A stretch of DNA of 64,000 nt from Cyanobacteria bacterium SIG32 (GCA_015152455.1 SUTY01000001.1:5807-69806); one strand, 5' to 3'. Counted from the stretch's first letter, positions 40,228 to 47,794 are shown. Notes: generated by a model not told the origin, from the letters alone. A program made the numbers and translations.

Positions 40228-40851
40228 TTATTGAATTGAAAGAATTTTCAAAGTTTCTTTTAATATATCTTCAGCAGAGGAATTTTCTTTTATAGAAGTA
40301 ACCGCTTTTGACATAGCGGATTTAATTTCTTCTTTTTCATATCCTAAAGATATAAGAACCATTTGTGCATCATCAATGGCTTGGGAGTCTTGTTTTGTAA
40401 CTGTATTAATTCTAATAGGTTCAGTTTCTTTGTAATTCATTAATTTGTCTTTCAATTCCAAAATAATTTTTTGAGCGAGCTTTGGACCAACACCTTTTGC
40501 ACGAGTTAATTCTTTAAAGTTACCGTCAATAACAAAACCGATAAGCTCAGATGATTCAAACTCATCTAGCAAAGTAAGAGCCATTTTGCTTCCGACACCT
40601 GAAACAGATGTTAGAATATTAAAAATATCCCTGTCTTCACGTTTTAAAAATCCGCAAAGACTCATTTTGTCATCTCTATGGATAAGGACTGTAAATATTT
40701 TACATTTTTCTTCCAAAGCACAAAGTGCATAATAATCACGAGCCGTAATTTCCAACAAATATCCGACTCCATCATTGGTTTCGACGGTTGCAAAAAATCC
40801 CTTAGGATTGTTTGTTTTGTTTGTTAAAATTCCTTTTATGTAATCGTACAT
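40228..40851 (-). CDS. ruvA: Holliday junction DNA helicase subunit RuvA
   Basis: MYDYIKGIL start; HhH motifs SVSGVGSKMAL and AKGVGPKLAQKI. Confidence 0.9.
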   Translation of the reverse strand: MYDYIKGILTNKTNNPKGFFATVETNDGVGYLLEITARDYYALCALEEKCKIFTVLIHRDDKMSLCGFLKREDRDIFNILTSVSGVGSKMALTLLDEFESSELIGFVIDGNFKELTRAKGVGPKLAQKIILELKDKLMNYKETEPIRINTVTKQDSQAIDDAQMVLISLGYEKEEIKSAMSKAVTSIKENSSAEDILKETLKILSIQ

Positions 40852-40852
40852 C

Positions 40853-42244
40853 TTAGTCCTTTAGTTTGTTTTTAATTTCAGAAATTGTTCTGTCTAAATC
40901 TTTATTTGTTTTCATATCTTCTTTTATTTTTTCATAAGAATAAAGCATTGTAGTGTGTTTTTTATTAAAAAACTCTGCGATATTTTCAAAACTTTTTTCT
41001 GTAATCTCTCTTGTTAAATAAACAGCGACATGGCGAGCGCTAGAAACCTTTTGATTTCTTGAAGGGCTTTTGAAATCCGCAATGGTTACCCCATAGCATT
41101 CAGCCGTAGCTTTCGCAATATCATCTATTGAGAGTTCTTTTTTGTGAGCTTCGCAATTCAAAACTTTTTTAGCAAAAGCTAGAGTTACATCAGTATTTTC
41201 AATATCAGCGTATGCACTAACTTTGTTAAATGCACCTTCAAGTTCTCTTACGTTATTAACAAAGTTGTTTGCAATGTATTCAAAAACTTCAAAATCTATT
41301 TTCATAGAAATTTGTTCGGCAAGGTTTTTCAAAATAGCAACACGGGTTTCAAAATCAGGTGGTGTGATATCAACTACCAAGCCCATTTCAAAACGTGTTC
41401 TTAACCTGTCAGGAAGTGTTGGAATATCTTTTGGTAACCTGTCGGAAGTAATAACGATTTGTTTGTTGTTATTATGTAAGCTATCGAATGTGTGGAAAAT
41501 TTCTTCCATTGTATAAGTTTTTGATTCCAAAAACTGAATATCATCAATTAGTAAAACATCAATATTTCTATATTTTTGGCGGAATTTTTCCATACGAGCG
41601 TTGCGTTCTCCACCGTGTTGGAGATTTTTAATCAATTCATTAACATATTCTTCAGTTTTAATATAGCGAACTTTTAATTTTGGTTTGTGGAAAATGACGT
41701 GATGACCGATTGCTTGCATAAGGTGAGTTTTTCCAAGTCCAGATGCACCATAAATAAATAGCGGATTGAATTTTTTTGCAGGATTTTGAGCAACTGCATA
41801 AGCTGCGGCATGTGCAAAACGACTATTTTCTCCAACTACAAAATTATCAAAGCGGTATTTCAAATTCAGATTAGAAAATGATTGCATTTGCGCAAGATTT
41901 TCCATTGTTTTAGATTGCTCGTCATTATCAACTTCTTTTTTCTGCTTGGCTTTTTCTTTTTGTTTTTCTTTTTTGTATTTTTCAGCCAAATCCGCATCAT
42001 AACAAATAGAAAATTCGGCATCTACTCCCAAAACTTTTTCAAGAGCAGATTTTATTTTTGCATAATGATTTTTTCTGATGATTTCAACAGCCATTTGGTG
42101 AACTGTTAAAAGTGAAAAAATGTTGTTATCAAACCCTGTTGCTTCTAACGGCATAATCCAAGTGTCAAACACATGAGAGGGCAAAGTTTCTTTTAGCTCT
42201 TTTTTGACATCTTGCCAAACTTGTTTTACTTCAATAACTTCCAT
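40853..42244 (-). CDS. dnaA: chromosomal replication initiator DnaA
   Basis: FDNFVVGENSRFAHAAA, GASGLGKTHLMQAIG Walker A, LLIDDIQF, and C-terminal DNA-binding RHVAVYLTRE...F. Confidence 0.95.
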   Translation of the reverse strand: MEVIEVKQVWQDVKKELKETLPSHVFDTWIMPLEATGFDNNIFSLLTVHQMAVEIIRKNHYAKIKSALEKVLGVDAEFSICYDADLAEKYKKEKQKEKAKQKKEVDNDEQSKTMENLAQMQSFSNLNLKYRFDNFVVGENSRFAHAAAYAVAQNPAKKFNPLFIYGASGLGKTHLMQAIGHHVIFHKPKLKVRYIKTEEYVNELIKNLQHGGERNARMEKFRQKYRNIDVLLIDDIQFLESKTYTMEEIFHTFDSLHNNNKQIVITSDRLPKDIPTLPDRLRTRFEMGLVVDITPPDFETRVAILKNLAEQISMKIDFEVFEYIANNFVNNVRELEGAFNKVSAYADIENTDVTLAFAKKVLNCEAHKKELSIDDIAKATAECYGVTIADFKSPSRNQKVSSARHVAVYLTREITEKSFENIAEFFNKKHTTMLYSYEKIKEDMKTNKDLDRTISEIKNKLKD

Positions 42245-42310
42245 AAGAATATTTTACTATAAAAAACTTTTGAAAAAAGGATTTGTTTATAAAAATTAAG
42301 AGGTTTTTGG

Positions 42311-42463
42311 CAGTGACCAAGAAATTAGTGATCAAGTGATCAAGAAAAATTCTCCTCCCCTTAGTGAATCAGTATGCGGTAGCTGAGGATAAGAAGTAAA
42401 ATCACCCGAATAATACTGTAGTCTGTTCCCTCCCCCCTTGAGGGGGAGGGTTAGGGAGAGGGG
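42311..42463 (+). repeat. pilin leader module, copy C (decayed, no gene): GTGACCAAG / GTGATCAAG / TGATCAAG repeats plus a GC-rich hairpin CCCTCCCCC-N-GGGGGAGGG and GGGAGAGGGG
   Basis: 42311-42344 CAGTGACCAAGAAATTAGTGATCAAGTGATCAAG; 42428-42463 CCCTCCCCCCTTGAGGGGGAGGGTTAGGGAGAGGGG. Homologous to elements of copy B but on the opposite strand. Confidence 0.65.
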
Positions 42464-42487
42464 TAAAAAATGTAAATAACAAAACAA

Positions 42488-42515
42488 AATCGGAGCCTAA
42501 AAATAGACTCCGATT
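42488..42515. terminator. terminator hairpin after the pilin-like gene (A-run / stem / T-run, usable on both strands)
   Basis: AAAATCGGAG-CCTAAAAATAGA-CTCCGATTTT. Confidence 0.6.
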
Positions 42516-42536
42516 TTATTATTATATCAAACCATT

Positions 42537-42556
42537 CAAAATGGTTTACCATTTTG
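42537..42556 (-). other. perfect 8-bp stem / 4-nt loop hairpin 4 nt downstream of the pilin stop codon
   Basis: Coding-strand CAAAATGG-TAAA-CCATTTTG. Confidence 0.8.
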
Positions 42557-42559
42557 GGC

Positions 42560-43702
42560 TTAATCACCTAAGCAAACCGCCCACCCACCGCTGCGGTTGC
42601 GGGCGTCGTAGTTCCATACCGTATCGTCGGAGTAGAAGTCGCGGACGTGAGCGCTGCTCTTAGCGGAAGAACCCTCCTCGCCTGACCACACCCAGAACGA
42701 AGGGCTAGGAAAGCCTAGAGAAGATCCTTTAGTTGGGTTGAATGCGATAGTATTACCATCATAGTTTGAGCCGTTGTCGGTTTTTTCTCCAACAATGTCA
42801 GTGTCATATAAATAATTTGCTATTGTAGCTAAATCTGACAACTGTGCCATTTTAGATGTACCACCACATGTTTCTGCTGCTTTTGCAAAGTAGTCGTCAC
42901 CTGGGTAACAGTAGTCAAGTCCGTATTTTTGCATATATGCTTGGTCTTCTGCGTCTGTTGATGTATATGTACTACTATTGCAAGCGTTCCATGTGTGTGC
43001 TGAATTAGCTTGGAATGGCATACCAAAACATGTACCGTCTATTTCAAACGCACAAGATGATCCACCAAGTGATTGTACGTTACCATTTGCTCTTAAATCT
43101 TTACCACTAACGTTTGGTGTTTTACCTGCAGATGTATCATATAGAATAGCTAAACAGTCACTACCAGTAATTGTATTTGAATAAGGATCTTGAGAACATT
43201 TTGGATTATATGCAATTAGTGCAGTAGTACCGTTTGCAAATTGTGTACCAATAATTTCTGTACCCCATTCATCTTGTCCAAAGTGTTTAGCTTTTTTAAC
43301 TTTTGTCATGTCAACAACTTCATTACCATAAGTTACTTCACTACTAAAACAATCTTGTAATTTATCGTTAGCACATATTTTAGTTGTTTTGAAGTTTTTA
43401 GCAAGTTCATTAACAAAACTTTCTGTAGTAGAGTGTCCTGCTAAAGTTGCATTAGCATTCATAACTCTCATGGCTTCAGTTAGTTTTCTTTCAAAAACAG
43501 TAGCTGCAGTACCCCAAGATTTTTCTTGGTAATTTGCAACAAGAGTTGGTATTGTCATTGCTGCAACAACACCGATAATTGCGAGGGTGATTAGAACCTC
43601 TGCCAAAGTAAAAGCAGATTTGCGATAGTTGGCACAATTGCCTACGTGCGTAGCACCCTCAGCTAACGTAAATGCTGCCCCCTCACCCTTACCCTCTCCC
43701 AT
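42560..43702 (-). CDS. type IV pilin-like protein with a long atypical leader and a C-terminal DUF1566 / Fibrobacter-paralogous-type (C-lectin-like) domain
   Basis: Prepilin signature KSA-FTLAEVLITLAIIGVVAAMTIPTL. The C-terminus FWVWSGEE...SGGWAVCLGD resembles YWSST...SVRCV-type domains. The coordinates use the in-frame ATG at 43702, which has no SD; the track ORF starts at TTG 43723. A better SD+ATG lies at 43805 but is 1 nt out of frame (see findings). Confidence 0.75.
   Translation of the reverse strand: MGEGKGEGAAFTLAEGATHVGNCANYRKSAFTLAEVLITLAIIGVVAAMTIPTLVANYQEKSWGTAATVFERKLTEAMRVMNANATLAGHSTTESFVNELAKNFKTTKICANDKLQDCFSSEVTYGNEVVDMTKVKKAKHFGQDEWGTEIIGTQFANGTTALIAYNPKCSQDPYSNTITGSDCLAILYDTSAGKTPNVSGKDLRANGNVQSLGGSSCAFEIDGTCFGMPFQANSAHTWNACNSSTYTSTDAEDQAYMQKYGLDYCYPGDDYFAKAAETCGGTSKMAQLSDLATIANYLYDTDIVGEKTDNGSNYDGNTIAFNPTKGSSLGFPSPSFWVWSGEEGSSAKSSAHVRDFYSDDTVWNYDARNRSGGWAVCLGD
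42575..42715 (-). other. G+C-rich, NNC-codon-rich 3' segment of the pilin-like CDS (DGR variable-region-like)
   Basis: 36/60 G+C in 42601-42660 versus 20/60 in 43201-43260. Codon runs are CAC GTC CGC GAC TTC TAC TCC GAC and AAC TAC GAC GCC CGC AAC CGC AGC, followed by GGTGGGTGGGCGG. Confidence 0.4.
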
Positions 43703-43754
43703 AGGGCGAGGGAATAATCCCAAAACGTCCGAAAGCCTTGCTAGGAGAGCGTTT

Positions 43755-43805
43755 CTACCCCCCCCCCAAGGTCTTAAAGCCAGTCATAGCTTCATTTTTT
43801 AACAT
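43755..43805 (-). CDS. short upstream ORF MLKNEAMTGFKTLGGG-stop with a strong SD, ending right after the G10 tract
   Basis: AGGAGATCGTAGT-ATG; ATG TTA AAA AAT GAA GCT ATG ACT GGC TTT AAG ACC TTG GGG GGG GGG TAG. It would fuse to the pilin frame with one G fewer. Confidence 0.45.
   Translation of the reverse strand: MLKNEAMTGFKTLGGG
43758..43767 (-). repeat. homopolymeric tract, G10 on the coding strand (C10 on plus)
   Basis: Counted directly: ...ctaCCCCCCCCCCaagg... Confidence 0.95.
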
Positions 43806-43852
43806 ACTACGATCTCCTATTCTGTTGGATCTTCCAACCTTAAAATATATTA

Positions 43853-43898
43853 CTTGATCACTTGGTCACTAAAACCTTGATCACTGCTTATCATACCA
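43853..43898 (-). promoter_or_regulatory. pilin leader/operator module, copy B: extended -10-like TGGTATGAT followed by AAGCAGTGATCAAGGTTTTAGTGACCAAGTGATCAAG
   Basis: Near-identical to copy A (13648-13693). Three direct GTGAYCAAG-type repeats, each containing a GATC/TGATCA core, begin about where the transcript would start. Confidence 0.55.
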
Positions 43899-43947
43899 TT
43901 TTTTTTATAGTTTTTAACGGAATTTACAAAACTTTATTTATTATTTG

Positions 43948-44673
43948 TTACAAATAATTTGCCAAGATATTTTTTACATAATTTTGAGTTTCTTCATAAG
44001 GAGGCACTCCGTCATATTTATCAACGGCTCCAGGCCCAGCATTGTACGCTGCAAGTGCTAAAATTACGTTACCATTGTATTTTTTAAGCATTGATTTTAA
44101 ATATCTAACTCCGCCGTCAACGTTTTGAACAGGGTTAAAAGCATCAGTTACCCCTAATCCTTTTGCAGTCGCAGGCATTAATTGCATCAATCCCATTGCT
44201 CCTGCTTTTGATTTTGCTTTTGGATTAAATCCAGATTCTTGTTGGATTAGAGCTTTAACTAATTTTTCGTCAACACCATGTTTTTTTGCAGTTTGTTCAA
44301 TCAAATTCATTATTTGGTGTTTGCTTGTGGGTTGAGTTGTACCAATTGCACTACTAACTGCAGTAGCTTGTGCTATTACATTATTCAGGCTCTCTGTTGG
44401 GTTTGTCTTTGCAATCTGTGCTCTAACCTTCATAGATTCAGGATTAAGTAATAAGCTACCAAATTTGTTAATATTTTGTGTGCTTGATAATACTTTTTCA
44501 AATGATTGTACATTAGGATTTGTCGGAGGTTGGATACTTTGCAAATTCTGTGCATTTTGCGTAGCTTGTGGTCCGTAAAAATTATCTACGTATCTGTTCA
44601 TTTGCGCAGCACGTTGCATAGCTGCTGCCTGACCTCCACTTTTTAGCATTCTTTGTATCATTTGTGAAAACAT
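43948..44673 (-). CDS. lytic transglycosylase (SLT domain) protein
   Basis: QESGFNP, GLMQLMP and AAYNAGPGAV motifs; Gln/Asn-rich N-terminal half. Confidence 0.8.
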   Translation of the reverse strand: MFSQMIQRMLKSGGQAAAMQRAAQMNRYVDNFYGPQATQNAQNLQSIQPPTNPNVQSFEKVLSSTQNINKFGSLLLNPESMKVRAQIAKTNPTESLNNVIAQATAVSSAIGTTQPTSKHQIMNLIEQTAKKHGVDEKLVKALIQQESGFNPKAKSKAGAMGLMQLMPATAKGLGVTDAFNPVQNVDGGVRYLKSMLKKYNGNVILALAAYNAGPGAVDKYDGVPPYEETQNYVKNILANYL

Positions 44674-44759
44674 AAATATCCTACCCTCAATTTTATTCTA
44701 CACGTTAGAACAGATATTTGTATCATATAAATTAAGGATTTTTCGATAAATGTCAAATA

Positions 44760-45809
44760 TTATTTGATAAACATACAATCGCCATAACTAAAAAATCTGT
44801 AACGATTTTCAATAGCTTCTTTATAAGCATCAAAAATAAACTCTTTTCCTGCTAATGCACTAACCAACATTAATAAAGTCGATTTTGGTAAGTGGAAATT
44901 TGTTATTAAATTATCGATAACTTTGAATTCATAAGGTGGGTAAATGAATAACCTTGAAGCGCTTTTACACGCCTTTATTTCACCAAATTGTTGAAATGCA
45001 GTTTCTAAAGTTCTTACAGTTGTTGTCCCCACTGCAATAATTTTTTTACCTTGAGATTTTGCTTTATTTATAGTGTCAGCAGTTTCTTGAGTGATTTCAA
45101 ATGTTTCTGAGTGCATTTTGTGATCTAAAATATTTTCACATTTTACTGGTCTGAATGTTCCCATACCAACATTCAAAGTTACGTATGCAATCTCTACACC
45201 TTTAGCTTTTAATTTTTCAAGAATTTCCTCAGTAAAATGCAAGCCTGCCGTTGGTGCTGCAACAGAACCCTCATCTTTTGCATAAACAGTTTGATAACGA
45301 TCTTTATCGAAATTTTTGATATCTTCAGTTTGAAGTCTTCTTTCAATATATGGTGGCAACGGAAGGTTACCTACTTTATGTAAAATATCAAACAAATCAC
45401 CATTATGAATTAACTCAACTAGCCATTCACCGTCATCTTCTAAACGCTTAATTGGTTTCACACTTAAATCTGCACTAATGGTTATAACAGTATCAGGTTT
45501 AATTCTTTTTGATGGCTTAATCAAGCAAGACCAAATATCAGAACCCTCACTTTGCGCTTCCAATAAAAACACTTCGATTTTTGCACCAGTTTCTTTTGTG
45601 CCATAAAGCCTTGCAGGAAGAACCTTTGTGTCGTTTAATACTAAAAGCGAATTTTCGTCAATAAAATCGACTATATCGTAAAAATGCTTATGCTCAATCG
45701 AACGTTGTTCTCGATTAAGTACAAGCATTTTAGAATTATCTCTTTTATCTGCCGGCATTTGAGCAATAAGTTCTTCCGGCAATTCATAATCAAAGTCTGA
45801 AACTAACAA
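44760..45809 (-). CDS. queA: S-adenosylmethionine:tRNA ribosyltransferase-isomerase
   Basis: MLVSDFDYELPEELIAQ start; PLPPYI and AAPTAGLHFT motifs. Confidence 0.93.
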   Translation of the reverse strand: MLVSDFDYELPEELIAQMPADKRDNSKMLVLNREQRSIEHKHFYDIVDFIDENSLLVLNDTKVLPARLYGTKETGAKIEVFLLEAQSEGSDIWSCLIKPSKRIKPDTVITISADLSVKPIKRLEDDGEWLVELIHNGDLFDILHKVGNLPLPPYIERRLQTEDIKNFDKDRYQTVYAKDEGSVAAPTAGLHFTEEILEKLKAKGVEIAYVTLNVGMGTFRPVKCENILDHKMHSETFEITQETADTINKAKSQGKKIIAVGTTTVRTLETAFQQFGEIKACKSASRLFIYPPYEFKVIDNLITNFHLPKSTLLMLVSALAGKEFIFDAYKEAIENRYRFFSYGDCMFIK

Positions 45810-45814
45810 CGGAA

Positions 45815-46897
45815 TTACTCCTTGTTATCAATTTTCTTTGCATTTTGAAGATCAATATCGTCAACTTTTTGTGCTTTTTGAGCTTCTTCAATATCCATTT
45901 GCTTGTTAACTATAACAGTTTGAACGATTTGGATTAAATTACTTGTTACAAGGTATAACAATACACCAGCAGGGATTGGGATAATCACAAATGTCGCAAT
46001 AATCATAATTGGCATAAATGTTCCCATAGATTTTTGCAACGCTGCCTGAGTTGGGTCTTGAGGTGTATTTTTTGAAGTTGCCATCATAACTTTTTGAGAA
46101 ATAAACATTGTCAAACCAAATAATACAATAAGCAACAATACATCAAAGTGGAATTTTTGTTCAACTTCAACTGATGGGAATGATGCAGCAAGAATTTCAC
46201 CTTTACGTTCAAAAGTTACTTTTTCTGTTTCTTTTGTATTTATGTCTGTAATAATGACATCAGCTTTTTCAATATTTTGAAGTTGGCTAAATTTCAAAGA
46301 TAAATTATCCAGACTGATTTTAAAATCAATAGCTTCACCTGGAACCAACTCACCTTGAATTTCTAACGCTTGGTTGGGTTTTGTAATTTTAACATTTTGT
46401 AGAGTTTCTTCCGGTAAATAAACAGTTGCCATTTTACCAAGAATAAACTTGTCATATTTAGATGCGCCCATAACGCCGTCATTAGATATTCCTGCAGATG
46501 CTCTTAAAGTTGTATCAAGACGATTTACGAATAAAAACGGTGCATTACCAGCCATTTGAATAAATTGAGGACTCATTAATGCTGAATATAACAAAATGAA
46601 TATCGGCATTTGAATTAATAATGGCAAACAACCACCCATTGGGTTAAACTTATGTTCTTTATAGAACTCCATAAGTTTTTGTTGCATAACTTGTGGGTTA
46701 TTTTTATATCTGTCTTGAATTGCTTTTAGTTTTGGTTGAAGTGTTTGCATCATTCTCATTGAGCGTTGTTGAGAAACATTCAACGGCCACATGCAAAGTC
46801 TTACGATAATTGTCAAAGTTATAATTGCCCATCCGTAATCACCTACGATAGACGCTAATTTACCTAGTAATTCTATTGTTAATGTTGTAAAATCCAA
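45815..46897 (-). CDS. yidC: membrane protein insertase YidC
   Basis: KLKAIQDRYKNNPQVMQQKLMEFYKEHKFNPMGGCLPLLIQMPIF core. Confidence 0.85.
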   Translation of the reverse strand: MDFTTLTIELLGKLASIVGDYGWAIITLTIIVRLCMWPLNVSQQRSMRMMQTLQPKLKAIQDRYKNNPQVMQQKLMEFYKEHKFNPMGGCLPLLIQMPIFILLYSALMSPQFIQMAGNAPFLFVNRLDTTLRASAGISNDGVMGASKYDKFILGKMATVYLPEETLQNVKITKPNQALEIQGELVPGEAIDFKISLDNLSLKFSQLQNIEKADVIITDINTKETEKVTFERKGEILAASFPSVEVEQKFHFDVLLLIVLFGLTMFISQKVMMATSKNTPQDPTQAALQKSMGTFMPIMIIATFVIIPIPAGVLLYLVTSNLIQIVQTVIVNKQMDIEEAQKAQKVDDIDLQNAKKIDNKE

Positions 46898-47047
46898 TGT
46901 CCCTAATCCTTATATTATCTCTCTTTATACGTTGCAATCGTATCATAAGCAATGTTGATAAGCAAGTTTAATTAATGTAAATATTTATTTTAGTAAACTA
47001 AAGTTTTTATAAAACATTCCGATAAAAAGATTGTAGCGAGGTATTAA

Positions 47048-47593
47048 ATGAAGAAAATATTAATAGTGTTATGTTTATTAATTTTTGGTTTGCAAGGAAT
47101 TTGTTCACAAGCTGACGAAAAAAGAATAATTGGTAAACAAGGCGTATCACGAGGAATAATGGTTTATATTCCAAAACATGAAGATAGTGCCAAAATGAAA
47201 CAAGCGTTTGGAGAATGGACGAAAGCAACAAATGGCAAAATAACTTTCAAATTTATTTCTTCTTCTCAGGCTGCGCAGATAAGAGTTTATTTTGTTGATA
47301 CTGTTCAAAATTATGATAAAAGTAATGCGGTAGGTTTGGCTGGGTCTTCACATGTTGTAACTGGTGCTATTAGACGTACTGATATCCAAATCGCTAATCG
47401 TCCATTATATACTCAGTCTAAAATACAAACTCCAGAGGAGCGTTATTCAACTATGGTTCATGAAATAGGACATGCACTTGGTTTAGGTCATTCCAAAGAT
47501 GAAGCCAGTATTATGTATCCATTTAATAGTCCAAAAAGAAAAATTACGCAGGAAGATGTTGATTTAATCTATCAAATTTATAAGTTTAAATAA
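47048..47593 (+). CDS. secreted matrixin-like zinc metalloprotease (M10)
   Basis: Signal peptide; HEIGHALGLGHS zinc motif followed by a Met-turn (IMYP). Confidence 0.75.
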   Translation: MKKILIVLCLLIFGLQGICSQADEKRIIGKQGVSRGIMVYIPKHEDSAKMKQAFGEWTKATNGKITFKFISSSQAAQIRVYFVDTVQNYDKSNAVGLAGSSHVVTGAIRRTDIQIANRPLYTQSKIQTPEERYSTMVHEIGHALGLGHSKDEASIMYPFNSPKRKITQEDVDLIYQIYKFK

Positions 47594-47594
47594 C

Positions 47595-47630
47595 AAAAAA
47601 AAGACTCACCTAAAGTGAGTCTTTTTGTTT
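47595..47630. terminator. bidirectional intrinsic terminator (protease gene / tRNA-Pro)
   Basis: AAAAAAAAGACTCAC-CTAAA-GTGAGTCTTTTTGTTTT. Confidence 0.75.
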
Positions 47631-47634
47631 TAAA

Positions 47635-47711
47635 TGGTCGGGATGACACGATTTGAACGTGCGACCCCCTCGTCCCAAGCGAGGTGCGCTACCAAGCTGC
47701 GCTACATCCCG
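47635..47711 (-). tRNA. tRNA-Pro (anticodon TGG), CCA encoded
   Basis: Manual cloverleaf: CGGGATG / GCGC-AGCTTGGTA-GCGC / CCTCG-CTTGGGA-CGAGG / GCACG-TTCAAAT-CGTGT / CATCCCG-A-CCA. Confidence 0.9.
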
Positions 47712-47735
47712 AACTGTAATTGGGGGTACTCGTTC

Positions 47736-47764
47736 ATTCTAGAATAAACAAATTTAATCGTCAA
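47736..47764 (-). promoter_or_regulatory. promoter for tRNA-Pro: TTGACG, 17 nt, TAGAAT
   Basis: Minus strand TTGACGATTAAATTTGTTTATTCTAGAAT, about 25 nt upstream of the tRNA 5' end. Confidence 0.55.
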
Positions 47765-47794
47765 GTGTTTTTTTTTATAAATAAAAAACAATAA

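Noticed and set aside
42311-42344. CRISPR-like or tandem-repeat array interpretation of the GTGAYCAAG repeats
   Set aside because: The units are only 8-10 nt, nearly contiguous with no spacers, limited to three per locus, and no cas genes are present.
42345-43852. Site-specific invertible segment (fim/hin/shufflon-like) bounded by the inverted GTGAYCAAG modules
   Set aside because: No recombinase gene is in the window, and the segment would carry the whole gene rather than a promoter. Copy A shows the same module in a solitary, non-inverted context, so promoter/leader paralogy is the simpler reading. It is kept only as an alternative to test with long reads.
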